Positions 39,685 through 49,686 of a stretch of 64,000 nucleotides of DNA are shown here, piece by piece. A program made the position numbers and the translations under genes. Below the pieces are notes generated by a model that was not told the DNA's origin, ran no database searches, and saw only the letters and a list, made by a program, of their open reading frames with translations. Location: the NCBI GenBank assembly GCA_963764615.1, contig CAVXTF010000002.1, forward strand, positions 1,746,745 to 1,810,744. Direction: 5' to 3'. The DNA comes from an uncultured Acidimicrobiales bacterium (GTDB lineage Bacteria > Actinomycetota > Acidimicrobiia > Acidimicrobiales > CAVXTF01). Position 1 is the stretch's first letter. The number at the start of each line of letters is the position of its first letter.

Positions 39685-40864
39685 ACTTGCCGGCGTGACG
39701 GATCGCGCCCTTGGCGAGCTCACCGAGGCGCACCGGGTCCGCGATGAGCTCCGAAACCGCCCCCGCCAGGGCGGCGGGATCGTCGACCAACACGCCACTC
39801 ACACCGTGGTCGACCGCATCTTCGTGCCCTGCTATCCGGGTCGCGACCGCCGGTGTGCCGCATGCGCCCGCCTCGGTGATCGTCATCCCCCATCCCTCGC
39901 GCAACGAGGAGCTGACGAGGACCCAGGCGCGCCTGTAGACGTCGACCAGATCGTCGTCGGAGAGCTTGCCCGGCATGTCGATCCAGTGGTCGGCGCCAAG
40001 CTCGTGGCGGCGGGCCTCGAGGCGCGCCCGCTCGTAGCCCTCGCCCACGATGACGGCTCTCAACGCGGGATGATCGATACGGACCTTTGCGAGCGCGTCA
40101 ATGAGTGCGTCGAATCGCTTCACTGGCACGAGCCTTCCCACTGCTACCACCAGCGGGGATGACGAGCGTTCGCCGCTCGGGGTGAAGCGCGGCTCGACGC
40201 CGGGCGGCACGACGCTCACGCGTTCGGGCCGCATCTTCAGCATCGACACGATCTCGGCGCGAGACGACTCGGAGAGCGTCACCAGGCTCGTGCGCCTGTA
40301 CAAAGGCGGCGCGAGCGTCTGCTCGACGAACCTGCCGGCCCTGGCGAGGTTGGGAGGAAGGGTCATCTGCCACATCTCGGCGTGGACGTGGTGGAGGAAC
40401 ACGACCCTCGGGCCCGTTGCCCAGAGCGGAGAGAAGAAAGGCATGCCGTTCCAGATCTCGACCCATCCGTCGTTGCGCCCGTGCCTGCGAAAGGCGCCAC
40501 TGAGCGCGCTCCTTGCGAAGACGGCGTACCTGCCTGACTTGCGGACCACCCTGTACCCGTCGCGCTCGGTGAACATCGGTTGGCCCTCTGCCCTCGATGC
40601 ACGCATGGTGACGTCGAGACCCGCGGCCGCCCAAAGAGATGCGATGCGATGGGCATGGAGCTCCGAGCCCCCGGCTTCGGGATCGTCGAGATCGCGCCAC
40701 GCGAGAATGTGAACACTGCCCATGCCGAGGCGGCCGGCCTCGTCGACCAGCTCGCCGAGCGGCCGGCGATCGTTGCGGTCCCCGGCGGCGGTCGATGACA
40801 CCCGTGCAGCGCTCCTGTGGCCCACGTCGGCCCGTGCGGCCGCCCTAGTGCTCTGTTGCCTCAC
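39608..40864 (-). CDS. GT4 (GT-B fold) glycosyltransferase
   Basis: GGSELHAHRIA near the N-terminus and EGWGMTITEAGACGTPAVATRIAGHEDAV (EX7E region). The ATG at 40723 (MGSVHILAWRDL) is a plausible true start. Confidence 0.8.
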   Translation of the reverse strand: MRQQSTRAAARADVGHRSAARVSSTAAGDRNDRRPLGELVDEAGRLGMGSVHILAWRDLDDPEAGGSELHAHRIASLWAAAGLDVTMRASRAEGQPMFTERDGYRVVRKSGRYAVFARSALSGAFRRHGRNDGWVEIWNGMPFFSPLWATGPRVVFLHHVHAEMWQMTLPPNLARAGRFVEQTLAPPLYRRTSLVTLSESSRAEIVSMLKMRPERVSVVPPGVEPRFTPSGERSSSPLVVAVGRLVPVKRFDALIDALAKVRIDHPALRAVIVGEGYERARLEARRHELGADHWIDMPGKLSDDDLVDVYRRAWVLVSSSLREGWGMTITEAGACGTPAVATRIAGHEDAVDHGVSGVLVDDPAALAGAVSELIADPVRLGELAKGAIRHAGKFTWGATASGTLGALVDEARRRHRVR

Positions 40865-40913
40865 CGCCGTCCTTCGGCCCCCGTGGAATCCGTCCGGACG
40901 ATCGCTGGCGCGA

Positions 40914-42257
40914 TCACTGTAGCCCCGGACGCCTGCCGGCCACCTTGTGGACCCTCAGGAATCCGACACCGACTAGGCCCGCCAGCAGGGCCTGGACCAC
41001 CAGGTCGGCGCGAGCGGTCTTCGAAGGGTCGCCGTGAGCCTGGTAGAAGACCACGGCCGCGGCCGCCGTGCCGGCACCGAGCACGGCCACGATCCAGCGC
41101 CTCCCCGCCCCAAGGAGGTAGTTGGTCAGGAGAACCGTCACGCACAGAAACGCCATCGCTGCAACGAGAGTCGAGAACGATCCCGACGCCCCGACAAGCC
41201 GCGGCCCGAAGGCGAGACGGATGAGCTGCTTCGGTGCGAGGAGCGAGGCGACGAGCAGACCGGACGCCGGCACCGCGAGGATGAGGGCGGTGGTGGCGAG
41301 CTGCCGCAGGGCGTGCTCGCCTCTGTGCCACCTGATTGTCGCCTCGGGAAGGAGGTAGCTCCCAAGTGCTATGGCGCCGAAGACGATCGCCTTCGACGCA
41401 ACCGAGATTGCGGCGTAGGCGCCGGAATGCCTTGGCGATTCGCGCCCGAGCAGGATCACGTCGAGGTTCTGGAGCAGCGCCAAGAAGGCGAGGCAACCGA
41501 AGGCGGTGGCGACGTCCGACGCGAGGTGCCTCCTCGAGCTGACCGAAGCGGGTTGCGAGCCGGGTTCCGAAGGGTCGGGCTCCCCTGCCCACCTGCGCGT
41601 CGACTCGAAGCGGGCGTGGACCGCGGCGGCGGCCTCGCCGAGGAGGACCCCAACGCACACGCCCGTCACGCCGAAGCCCGCTCCGGTGAAGATGAGGACG
41701 AAGGCCATGCGCATGCCGCCCTCCACCAACAGGTTCACAGCGAGGGGCCGATAGGCGCGACGCGCCTGCAGCAGCCCCCTGTCGACCGAGAGGGCGAGCC
41801 ATATCCCACCGGCCGCGACGATCGGCACGATGCCGCCGGCATTGTCGAGCGACAGCGCGTGCGCCACTGCATCCTGGAGCACCAGCGCGAGCAGGGTGAG
41901 CAGAGCCACACCGGCAAGGGTCAGCCGGTGGAGGCGTACAGCGAAGGACCTGACGTTTGCTCCGAGCCCGGCGGTGCGCAGCGCCGTCGCTCGACGGACG
42001 ACTCCGACCAGCAGGGCCGAGCCCGGCATCGACAGAAAGAGGAAGATCCCGTTCAGCTGGGCGAGCTCGCCGTACCCCCGCGAGGTTAGGAGGCGGGCGA
42101 CCACCACGGTCACGACCACGTTGGCACCGTTGGCGACGAGGCCGGCGATCGCGATGGGCCCGGCGTGGCGGATACCCGCCACCACTCCCGAGTCGCCCAG
42201 GTCGCTCTCTGCGAGGTCCTCCGCCGCTCCGAGGGGGACCATCCCGCTAGGCCTCAC
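40914..42257 (-). CDS. polysaccharide/oligosaccharide flippase-like MOP family membrane protein (Wzx-like)
   Basis: 447 aa with about 12-14 hydrophobic segments. The N-terminal region IAGLVANGANVVVTVVVARLLTSRGYGELAQL is typical of Wzx-type polysaccharide biosynthesis proteins. Confidence 0.55.
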   Translation of the reverse strand: MRPSGMVPLGAAEDLAESDLGDSGVVAGIRHAGPIAIAGLVANGANVVVTVVVARLLTSRGYGELAQLNGIFLFLSMPGSALLVGVVRRATALRTAGLGANVRSFAVRLHRLTLAGVALLTLLALVLQDAVAHALSLDNAGGIVPIVAAGGIWLALSVDRGLLQARRAYRPLAVNLLVEGGMRMAFVLIFTGAGFGVTGVCVGVLLGEAAAAVHARFESTRRWAGEPDPSEPGSQPASVSSRRHLASDVATAFGCLAFLALLQNLDVILLGRESPRHSGAYAAISVASKAIVFGAIALGSYLLPEATIRWHRGEHALRQLATTALILAVPASGLLVASLLAPKQLIRLAFGPRLVGASGSFSTLVAAMAFLCVTVLLTNYLLGAGRRWIVAVLGAGTAAAAVVFYQAHGDPSKTARADLVVQALLAGLVGVGFLRVHKVAGRRPGLQ

Positions 42258-42292
42258 CGCGGCCTCATTGCCTCTTAGGCCTTCTCAGCTGC

Positions 42293-43867
42293 TCATCCGA
42301 GGTTGGTGCCGGCGGCCACGCGCTTAGGCACCACGGGCGCCGTCCTACCCGTTCCCTCGCCTGCGTCGCGCACCTTCTCCTCGTGATACTCCTCTTCGAC
42401 GTTCACGACCCAGATGTCGTGGTGCGCCCCTTCGACGATGTTCTCCACGGTGAGCATGGCCGTGTACATCGAATGGTCCTGGTTGTTGTACTTGTGCATG
42501 CCGTTACGGCCCACCGCGTGGACGTTGGGCACCTCTTTCGCGAGCCATGACCTGATGGTCTCCACAGCCTGCTGGTAGCCCTCGTCGTACACCGGGTACG
42601 CCTTGGGCATGCGGACCACGAAGCCGCGCTCGACGTCGTCGCGCCCGACAAGGCCGAGCGCGGTGAGCTCGTCGGTCGCCATGGCGATGAGGGCTGCGTC
42701 GTCCGAGTCCCACAGTTCGTCGCCCTCGAAGACGAAATACTCGAGCCCGAGGCAGGTGCGGCCGTCTTTCACCATGTAGGGGGACCACGACCCGAAGTTC
42801 TGGATGCGCCCGACCTTCACGCCCGGGTAGTGGACGTATATCCAGTTGTCAGGGAACCCGGCGTGCCGCGGTACCACTAACGCTACGGTCAGGAAGTCCC
42901 GGTAATGGAGATCGGCCGCCGCCTGAAGCACCTCGGGGGGCGCCGGTGGGTCCATGGCTCTGACGAGAGCCGAGTACGGCATCGAGGAGATCACGTGGCT
43001 CGCTCCGGTCACCGACTCCCCGGTCCCGTCCTCGTAGCCGACCGCGAAGGCGCCGCCGTCTTGCCGCCAGATCCTTGTCACAGGGCTTGTGGTCCTGACC
43101 TCGCCCCCTGCTTTTTCGACGAGCTCGGTGCAGCGCTCCCACATCATGCCGGGGCCCAATTTCGGGTACTGGAATTCGTCGATCAGGCTCGTCACGTCCG
43201 TGGAGTGCTTGTTCGGCAGAAGGGCGTTCGCTATCGCCTTTCCGAGCGACAGGGTCTTGATGCGCTGCGCGGCGAAGTCGGCCTTGAGCTCGGTGCCAGG
43301 GACGCCCCACACCTTCTCTGTGTAGGTCTTGAAGAACGTCCGGTAAAGACGCCAACCGAACCGCGACGCGGTCCATCCCTCATACGAGTCGAGGTCCTTC
43401 GGAGGCCTCACCCTCACCCACGCGTAGGACAGGACGCACAACGTGGCCTCGAGCACCCCGAGGTTCCTCAAGGCGTTCACCGCCCGTAGCGGATAGTCGA
43501 AGAACTTGCCGTCGTAGTAGATCCGGCTCATCCGCGGGCGCAACAAGAAGTCCTCGTCGGGCAGGATCTCGTGCCACAGGTTTTCTACCGCCTGGACCTT
43601 CGTGAAGAAGCGGTGCCCGCCTATGTCGAATCGCCACCCGTCGCGCTCGACTGTGCGACTGATCCCTCCGACGACGTCGTCCGCCTCGAGGACGACAACC
43701 GGCCACGCCGCCTTTGTGAGCTGGTAGGCAGCCGTGAGCCCGGCAGGACCTGCGCCTATCACCACGACAGGAGTGTCGCCCCCGATGGTGCCGGCGCGAG
43801 CGGTGCCCTCGTCGGCCGCCTCGCGCAGGGGCGCCGATTTGCCGTTCGCCTCTGCTGTCGATCGCAC
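42293..43867 (-). CDS. FAD/NAD(P)-binding oxidoreductase (amine-oxidase/UDP-galactopyranose-mutase-like Rossmann N-terminus)
   Basis: VVVIGAGPAGLTAAYQL...VLEADDVVGGISRT...FDIGGHRFF. The longest ORF starts at 44140, but its first ~90 aa look non-coding. The GTG at 43867 is more plausible. Confidence 0.65.
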   Translation of the reverse strand: MRSTAEANGKSAPLREAADEGTARAGTIGGDTPVVVIGAGPAGLTAAYQLTKAAWPVVVLEADDVVGGISRTVERDGWRFDIGGHRFFTKVQAVENLWHEILPDEDFLLRPRMSRIYYDGKFFDYPLRAVNALRNLGVLEATLCVLSYAWVRVRPPKDLDSYEGWTASRFGWRLYRTFFKTYTEKVWGVPGTELKADFAAQRIKTLSLGKAIANALLPNKHSTDVTSLIDEFQYPKLGPGMMWERCTELVEKAGGEVRTTSPVTRIWRQDGGAFAVGYEDGTGESVTGASHVISSMPYSALVRAMDPPAPPEVLQAAADLHYRDFLTVALVVPRHAGFPDNWIYVHYPGVKVGRIQNFGSWSPYMVKDGRTCLGLEYFVFEGDELWDSDDAALIAMATDELTALGLVGRDDVERGFVVRMPKAYPVYDEGYQQAVETIRSWLAKEVPNVHAVGRNGMHKYNNQDHSMYTAMLTVENIVEGAHHDIWVVNVEEEYHEEKVRDAGEGTGRTAPVVPKRVAAGTNLG

Positions 43868-44078
43868 CAATGCCAAAAACTCCCACTCGGTCGCCGGTCG
43901 CCCAGTAGCGGATCTGGCGGTCCGTGCCGGACGGCACCAGGCGCCCTCGATCCGGACGGCACCAAGCGTTGCCCTCTGCTCGTCCGTCTTCACCTCGCGT
44001 GGCGGAACCCCGGGGGGAGGATACCGGTTCCCGGCTCTCCGGCCCAGGAGGTACGCCTGTCCCAAGGCACGTACAGCC

Positions 44079-45221
44079 CTACGGCACGTACAGCCCGGTG
44101 AAGGCGAGGAGCGAGTAACAAGCGAGCCCAGCAGCTGCAAGCACGAGGACCGCGGTCTCAGCGCGTGGTGAGCGGTCGAGCGAGGCGCCAGCGATCACGA
44201 GCGGGAACGCCGAAAGGGCATAGCGCTCGAACGAATCCAGGTTCGAAGCGGTCAGGGCCACCGCAAGGACGAGGAAAGCGAACCCCGCGTAGGACGCGGG
44301 CAGCCTCACCGCTGCGACGACAGCGAGGAGCACGGCGAGGATCACCCACGGAAGGTGGAACGCGGTGCCGAGATGACTTCCGTGGACCAGGAGGCTCGCG
44401 TCGTGACCGAGCGTTGAGAACGGGTCGGCGAGTGCTCCCCTGTGCCCTGCCTCCTCTTGGATGCGAAGCGGGGCGAACGCGTCGCCGTAGCGCCATCCGC
44501 ACCATGCAAGGAACGCGCCGCAACCGAGCGGTCCTCCGATCACGGACACGAGAGCCGCGGTGCGGCTCGACCGGGTCGAGCGCGCCGACATGGTCGACCG
44601 AGCAGGATGGGTATGGCTCCAGGCTCTCGCGCACTCGATCGCGGCAGGAACCACCAGGAGCGCGCCGAGCGGCCGCGCCAGGCCCGCGAGAACCGACAGT
44701 GCGGCTGCCGCCCACCAACGGCGGCGGCGCATGCACAAGAACGCGCCGACACAGAGCATCACGAACGTCGACTCGGCGTAGCCCATGATGAAGACGAAAG
44801 CCGGAGGGGCCAGGCAGAGCAGCCATGCCGCCCGGCGCGCGAACTGCGCGTCGCCGGTCTCGCGTCTCACGAGGCTCGCGAGCAGCGCGGCTGCTGCCAG
44901 GGCACAGAGGTTGGAGACGACCACGAGTGCAACCCCGACCGATACCCCCGGCACCTCGGCCAGGGCGCGGGCGACTGCCGGGACCAAAGGAAAGAAGCGA
45001 AGAGAGGCGGGGCCGGCGCCCGCGTAACCGTGCTTGGCGATCGCTTCGTACCAGCCGGCGTCCCAACCGAGCAGACCCTGGCGGACCCTCGATGCGGACT
45101 GAGCGGACAGGCGGCCGTCACTCGTGAGCTCGCGGGCGACAGCAAGCGATGCGAGCACCACTGCCCGCGCCAACAGCCAAGGCGGGGCCGCGGTCCGCAC
45201 GGCCCAGCGCGCCCCGAGCAT
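44079..45221 (-). CDS. PIG-V-like mannosyltransferase family membrane protein (GT-C candidate)
   Basis: 380 aa, polytopic. GWDAGWYEAIAKHGYAGAGPASLRFFPLVPAVARAL matches the WDxxxYxxIAxxGY...FFPLxP signature of the Mannosyl_trans2 family. Confidence 0.55.
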   Translation of the reverse strand: MLGARWAVRTAAPPWLLARAVVLASLAVARELTSDGRLSAQSASRVRQGLLGWDAGWYEAIAKHGYAGAGPASLRFFPLVPAVARALAEVPGVSVGVALVVVSNLCALAAAALLASLVRRETGDAQFARRAAWLLCLAPPAFVFIMGYAESTFVMLCVGAFLCMRRRRWWAAAALSVLAGLARPLGALLVVPAAIECARAWSHTHPARSTMSARSTRSSRTAALVSVIGGPLGCGAFLAWCGWRYGDAFAPLRIQEEAGHRGALADPFSTLGHDASLLVHGSHLGTAFHLPWVILAVLLAVVAAVRLPASYAGFAFLVLAVALTASNLDSFERYALSAFPLVIAGASLDRSPRAETAVLVLAAAGLACYSLLAFTGLYVP

Positions 45222-45514
45222 GGGGCATCGTAGCTACGCGCGCCCGCGATCCACGAGGATCGGGCGCCCGGCACAGAACTCCCCGCTCCGGGCAGGGCTG
45301 CGGTCTACGATGACCGGCGCGTCGACGGCAATGGCGCTACCGTCACGCCGAGGACCGGCACGAGAACCCAGGGGGAATGCCCGTGCGACAAATGGCGGTT
45401 GTAGGCGGTGAACCGGGTCTGGCCCGGCGCCTCCACAATCCCGTGGCCAACCCGGGGTCCGCGGCGCTCAAGTGCCCGACCACCTACAGTGCCTGAGGCC
45501 GAAGAGGACGACCG

Positions 45515-46459
45515 GTGGGCCGCTACCTGCTAACTCGGCTGGTCCAGCTGGTCGTGATCGTCTGGGTCATCTCGATCCTCACCTTTTTGCTCGTCCATCT
45601 GCTGCCCGGCAATCCGATCGACACGATCCTCGGACCCAACCAGACCGTCCAGAACCGCGCGGCGCTGCTGAAGCAACTGGGATTGAACAAACCTCTTCTC
45701 GACCAGTACTGGATCTGGTTGAAGAACGTCTTGCACGGCAACCTAGGCGAGTCGTTCCTCAACCATCAGAACGTGACGACCATCATCGGCAACGCTTTCC
45801 CATTCGACATCGAGCTGATCCTCTACTCGCAGATCATCTCGTTTGTCATCGCGATTCCTCTCGCGCTCGTGTCTTCGCGACGGCCCAACCGGCTCTTCGA
45901 CCGTCTCGCGGGCATGTCCACTTTCGGCATGCTCGCCATGCCGGCATTCGTGATCGGCCCTATCCTCGCCCTGGTCTTCGCAGTGAAGATCCACCTCTTC
46001 CCCGCCACGGGGGCGCCCGCTTTCACCTCCGCTCCCCTGACGAACATCCACAACATGACCCTGCCGTCGATCGCTCTCGCGTTCGGGTCCATAGCGGTCT
46101 ATTACCGTTTGCTGCGTGGCGACCTCATAAGCACCCTGCAAGAGGACTTCATCACCATGGCGAAGTCGAAGGGCCTGTCGACCCGCTACATAATGGTGAG
46201 GCACGCGCTACGGCCTTCTTCGTTCTCGATGCTCGCCTCTGCGGGCCTCAACATCGGCACGCTCATCACCGGCGCATTCGTCGTCGAATACCTGTTCGGC
46301 ATTAACGGTATTGGCTTCCAACTCGTCAACTCGATCAACCAGCGCGACTATTTGGCTGTTCAGGGCATGGCGCTCGTCGTCGCCCTGGTCTACGTCGTAG
46401 TGAACTTCTTCGTGAATTTCCTCTACACGGTCCTGGACCCGAGGATCGCCCGTGCCTGA
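45515..46459 (+). CDS. ABC transporter permease, Opp/Dpp/Nik family (OppB-like)
   Basis: 314 aa with N-terminus MGRYLLTRLVQLVVIVW, six TM segments and a BPD-transporter signature region (ITMAKSKGLSTRYIMVRHALR). Confidence 0.85.
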   Translation: MGRYLLTRLVQLVVIVWVISILTFLLVHLLPGNPIDTILGPNQTVQNRAALLKQLGLNKPLLDQYWIWLKNVLHGNLGESFLNHQNVTTIIGNAFPFDIELILYSQIISFVIAIPLALVSSRRPNRLFDRLAGMSTFGMLAMPAFVIGPILALVFAVKIHLFPATGAPAFTSAPLTNIHNMTLPSIALAFGSIAVYYRLLRGDLISTLQEDFITMAKSKGLSTRYIMVRHALRPSSFSMLASAGLNIGTLITGAFVVEYLFGINGIGFQLVNSINQRDYLAVQGMALVVALVYVVVNFFVNFLYTVLDPRIARA

Positions 46460-47387
46460 CGTCATCGGATCGGCCACTACGAGCGAATCGCTCATGGAGC
46501 GCCCGCCTCTGCTTCCCGGTGGTTCGCCAATGACGGTCCTCGAAGTCGAGACGGAGTTCAGGGCGCACAAGAAGCTCGGGGTGTTCTTCTGGATCTGCGT
46601 GGGCTGGGTCTCTTTCATAATCCTGCTCGCCATCTTTGCGAACGTTCTGCCGTTGCAGTCGCCGACGGCCATCGGCGCACTCCCGTTCGCCGGCCCGAGC
46701 TCGGGCCACTTGCTCGGCACCGACGACCTCGGCCGCGACCTGCTATCGCGGATCATCTTCGGCTCTCAGCCGACCCTCACGATCTGCTTCGCCTCGATAG
46801 CCATCGGGCTCATCATCGGCGGAACCGCCGGCATGCTCGCCGCGTACACCGGCAAGATCGTCGACAACATCGCCAATGCGATCGCTTTCATCATCATCTC
46901 GTTCCCACCGCTGCTCGCGATCCTCGTGATCATCGCCTTCTGGGAGCCTCCGACCGTCTTGAAGCTCACGCTTATATTCGCGGTCGCTTCGATCCCTCAG
47001 CTCTTCGTCGTACTCCGAGCCACCTCCCTCGCTTTCGTGAATCGCGACTTTGTGACCGCGGCGCGCACCATGGGGGCGAAGACTCCCCGGATCCTCGTGA
47101 GGGAGATCCTCCCGAACATCGCACCCGCAGGATTGTCGTACGGACTCATCGGGGTGGCCTCCGTCGCAATCATCGAGGGCTCCCTCGCTTTCCTCGGGCT
47201 TTCCATCCCCGAGCCGCATCCCTCGGTAGGGAACATCATCTCGGAAGGGATTCCATATCTTCAGAACAACAGCGACGTCTGGATCACCGTGTTCCCCTGT
47301 CTGTACCTGTTCTTCCTGCTCATCTCGATCAGCTACATAGGAGACCGTCTCCGTTCGAGGTTCGACGTGCGCGAAGGAAACGTGTGA
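46452..47387 (+). CDS. ABC transporter permease, Opp/Dpp/Nik family (OppC-like)
   Basis: 311 aa with LGTDDLGRDLLSRIIFG and FVTAARTMGAKTPRILVREILPN motifs. It overlaps the previous gene by 8 nt. Confidence 0.85.
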   Translation: MPDVIGSATTSESLMERPPLLPGGSPMTVLEVETEFRAHKKLGVFFWICVGWVSFIILLAIFANVLPLQSPTAIGALPFAGPSSGHLLGTDDLGRDLLSRIIFGSQPTLTICFASIAIGLIIGGTAGMLAAYTGKIVDNIANAIAFIIISFPPLLAILVIIAFWEPPTVLKLTLIFAVASIPQLFVVLRATSLAFVNRDFVTAARTMGAKTPRILVREILPNIAPAGLSYGLIGVASVAIIEGSLAFLGLSIPEPHPSVGNIISEGIPYLQNNSDVWITVFPCLYLFFLLISISYIGDRLRSRFDVREGNV

Positions 47388-48634
47388 TCGGCACGAGGAA
47401 GAGACGTCTCACATTCCCCGCCGCACAGGAGCTCGAAGGCCCCATCTTGCAGGTCGACGACCTTCGCACGTCGTTCGTCACCGACCGCGGGCTCGTGCGT
47501 GCCGTCGACGGCGTGTCGTTCGAGCTCGAAAGGGGCCAGACCCTCGGCGTGGTCGGTGAGTCCGGGTCGGGCAAAACGGTTCTGTCGAGGTCGATCATGG
47601 GACTACTCCCCCCGATGCGCGTCCACCACTCAGGGACGGTCCGATTCTCGGGACACGAGATCTCGAGCCTGTCTTCGACGGAGCTACGCGACGTCTGGGG
47701 CACCCAGATCGCGATGGTGTTCCAGGATCCGATGACGGCTCTCAACCCGGTCCTCAAGGTGGAGAGGCAGCTAACAGAGGGCTTACGCAAAAGGCTCGGG
47801 CTCGACCGCAAGGCTGCTCACGACACGGCGGTAGCCCTGCTCGAGTCTGTCGGCATCCCCGACCCGCTCAGGCGGCTTCGCGTCTACCCCCACGAGTTGT
47901 CGGGCGGGATGCGCCAGCGCGTCATGATCGCGATCGCACTCGCGTGCGGCCCGAAGCTGCTCCTTGCGGACGAGCCCACCACCGGTCTCGACGTCACGGT
48001 GCAGGCGCAGATCCTCGACCTTTTGTCAGACCAGCAACGCGAGCGCTCCATGGCGATGGTGCTCGTGACCCACGACCTCGGCGTCGTGGCGAACAGAACC
48101 GACGAGATCGTCGTCATGTACGCGGGACGCGTGGTGGAGCAGGCACCCACGCGCGAGCTGTTCGAGCACACCCGCATGCCGTACACGGAGGCTCTGCTCC
48201 TGTCGATCCCCCGGCTCACCGACGCGAGCCACTCCAGGCTCAGGTCAATCCCCGGACGGCCGCCCGACCTTGCGAACACCCCCAAGGGCTGCAAGTTCGC
48301 CCCGCGCTGCCCGTATGCCCAACCTCGTTGTGAGGAAGAAGAGCCGCCTCTCAGGAATGCCGGCCCCGGCCACCTGTTCAGGTGCTGGTTCCCCGTCGGG
48401 TCCCCTGAAGGCGAGCAGGCGTACGCGAGCAACCTGCGGGCAGGGCTTCCGGCCGCAGTGGTGTTCAGCGCCGGCAACGGATCCGAGCGCAAGTTCGAGC
48501 CCGCTCAAGTCGTCGGTTCGCAATCGGCAGTCTCCGCCCCTCAGGCCGGAGCGTTGCCGGTGGGTGATGGCGCCGAGGACGGCTCGGGCGGGGATTCGTC
48601 CCCGCCGCTTTATGACGCGTCTGGAGGGACCTGA
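47384..48634 (+). CDS. ABC transporter ATP-binding protein (OppD-like) with low-complexity tail
   Basis: GESGSGKT Walker A, LSGGMRQR signature, LLLADEPTTGLD Walker B and a C-terminal CKFAPRCPYAQPRC oligopeptide-type motif. Confidence 0.9.
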   Translation: MIGTRKRRLTFPAAQELEGPILQVDDLRTSFVTDRGLVRAVDGVSFELERGQTLGVVGESGSGKTVLSRSIMGLLPPMRVHHSGTVRFSGHEISSLSSTELRDVWGTQIAMVFQDPMTALNPVLKVERQLTEGLRKRLGLDRKAAHDTAVALLESVGIPDPLRRLRVYPHELSGGMRQRVMIAIALACGPKLLLADEPTTGLDVTVQAQILDLLSDQQRERSMAMVLVTHDLGVVANRTDEIVVMYAGRVVEQAPTRELFEHTRMPYTEALLLSIPRLTDASHSRLRSIPGRPPDLANTPKGCKFAPRCPYAQPRCEEEEPPLRNAGPGHLFRCWFPVGSPEGEQAYASNLRAGLPAAVVFSAGNGSERKFEPAQVVGSQSAVSAPQAGALPVGDGAEDGSGGDSSPPLYDASGGT

Positions 48635-49686
48635 TGGCCGGCAGCGGGACGGCCCACCTGCGCGGCAGCGACACGCTGCTACGGGTCGAGAACCTGGTTG
48701 TGGAATTCGGCCACGGGCGCCGGCGCGTCCATGCCGTGTCCGACGTGAGCTTCGACGTGGCCGCCGGCGAGACCCTCGGGCTCGTGGGCGAGTCCGGGTG
48801 CGGCAAGTCGACGACCGGCCGTGCCGTGGCGATGGTGCACCCACCCACCTCCGGGGCGATCCGTCTCGACGGCACGGACCTTACGACGCTCAACCAAGGC
48901 GAGCTCAGGCGCAGGCGCACGAAGGTCCAGCTCATCTTCCAGGACCCGATCTCCTCGCTCAACCCCAGGCGCAAGATCCGCGACGTGGTCGCAGAGCCGC
49001 TCAGCATCTGGGGCTTAGGCACCCGTGCCGAGCGAAGGCAGAAGGCCGCCGCCATGCTCGAGGCCGTGGGCATCGACCCGGAAGCGGCGGCCGACCGGCA
49101 TTCGGTCGAGTTCTCAGGTGGGCAGTGCCAACGGGTGAGCATCGCTCGCGCGCTCATGCTCGAGCCCGAACTGCTCGTGTGCGACGAACCGGTCTCGGCT
49201 CTCGACGTGTCCGTGCAAGCTCAGATCCTCAACCTGCTCGAGGACCTGAAGGTCCGTATGGGCCTGACGATGATCTTCATCGCCCACGACCTTGCAGTCG
49301 TGAAGCACGTGAGCGACCGGGTAGCGGTCATGTACCTGGGAAAGCTCTGCGAGCTCGCACCTCCCGACGTCCTGTATCACCGGCCGGCGCACCCCTACAC
49401 GGAGGCGTTGCTCGCCTCGATCCCAGAACCTGATCCCACAGTCGGCGCCCACAAGGTGCCCAAACGCCTCGCAGGCGACCTTCCCTCGCCGATCGACCCC
49501 CCGTCCGGCTGCAGGTTCCGCACGCGTTGCCCGTACGCGCAGCCACGCTGCGCCGAGGAAGAGCCCCAGATAAGAGAGCTCACCCCCGGGCAGTTCGTGG
49601 CGTGTCACTTCCCGATCGGAGTACCGAGCACCTCTTCAGCAGGACCTGCAGCCTCGGAGGACCGTAGTGCCGTCGGCTCGACCTAA
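48634..49686 (+). CDS. ABC transporter ATP-binding protein (OppF-like)
   Basis: GESGCGKST, FSGGQCQRVSIARAL, LLVCDEPVSALD and CRFRTRCPYAQPRC motifs. TGATG start/stop overlap with the previous gene. Confidence 0.9.
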   Translation: MAGSGTAHLRGSDTLLRVENLVVEFGHGRRRVHAVSDVSFDVAAGETLGLVGESGCGKSTTGRAVAMVHPPTSGAIRLDGTDLTTLNQGELRRRRTKVQLIFQDPISSLNPRRKIRDVVAEPLSIWGLGTRAERRQKAAAMLEAVGIDPEAAADRHSVEFSGGQCQRVSIARALMLEPELLVCDEPVSALDVSVQAQILNLLEDLKVRMGLTMIFIAHDLAVVKHVSDRVAVMYLGKLCELAPPDVLYHRPAHPYTEALLASIPEPDPTVGAHKVPKRLAGDLPSPIDPPSGCRFRTRCPYAQPRCAEEEPQIRELTPGQFVACHFPIGVPSTSSAGPAASEDRSAVGST

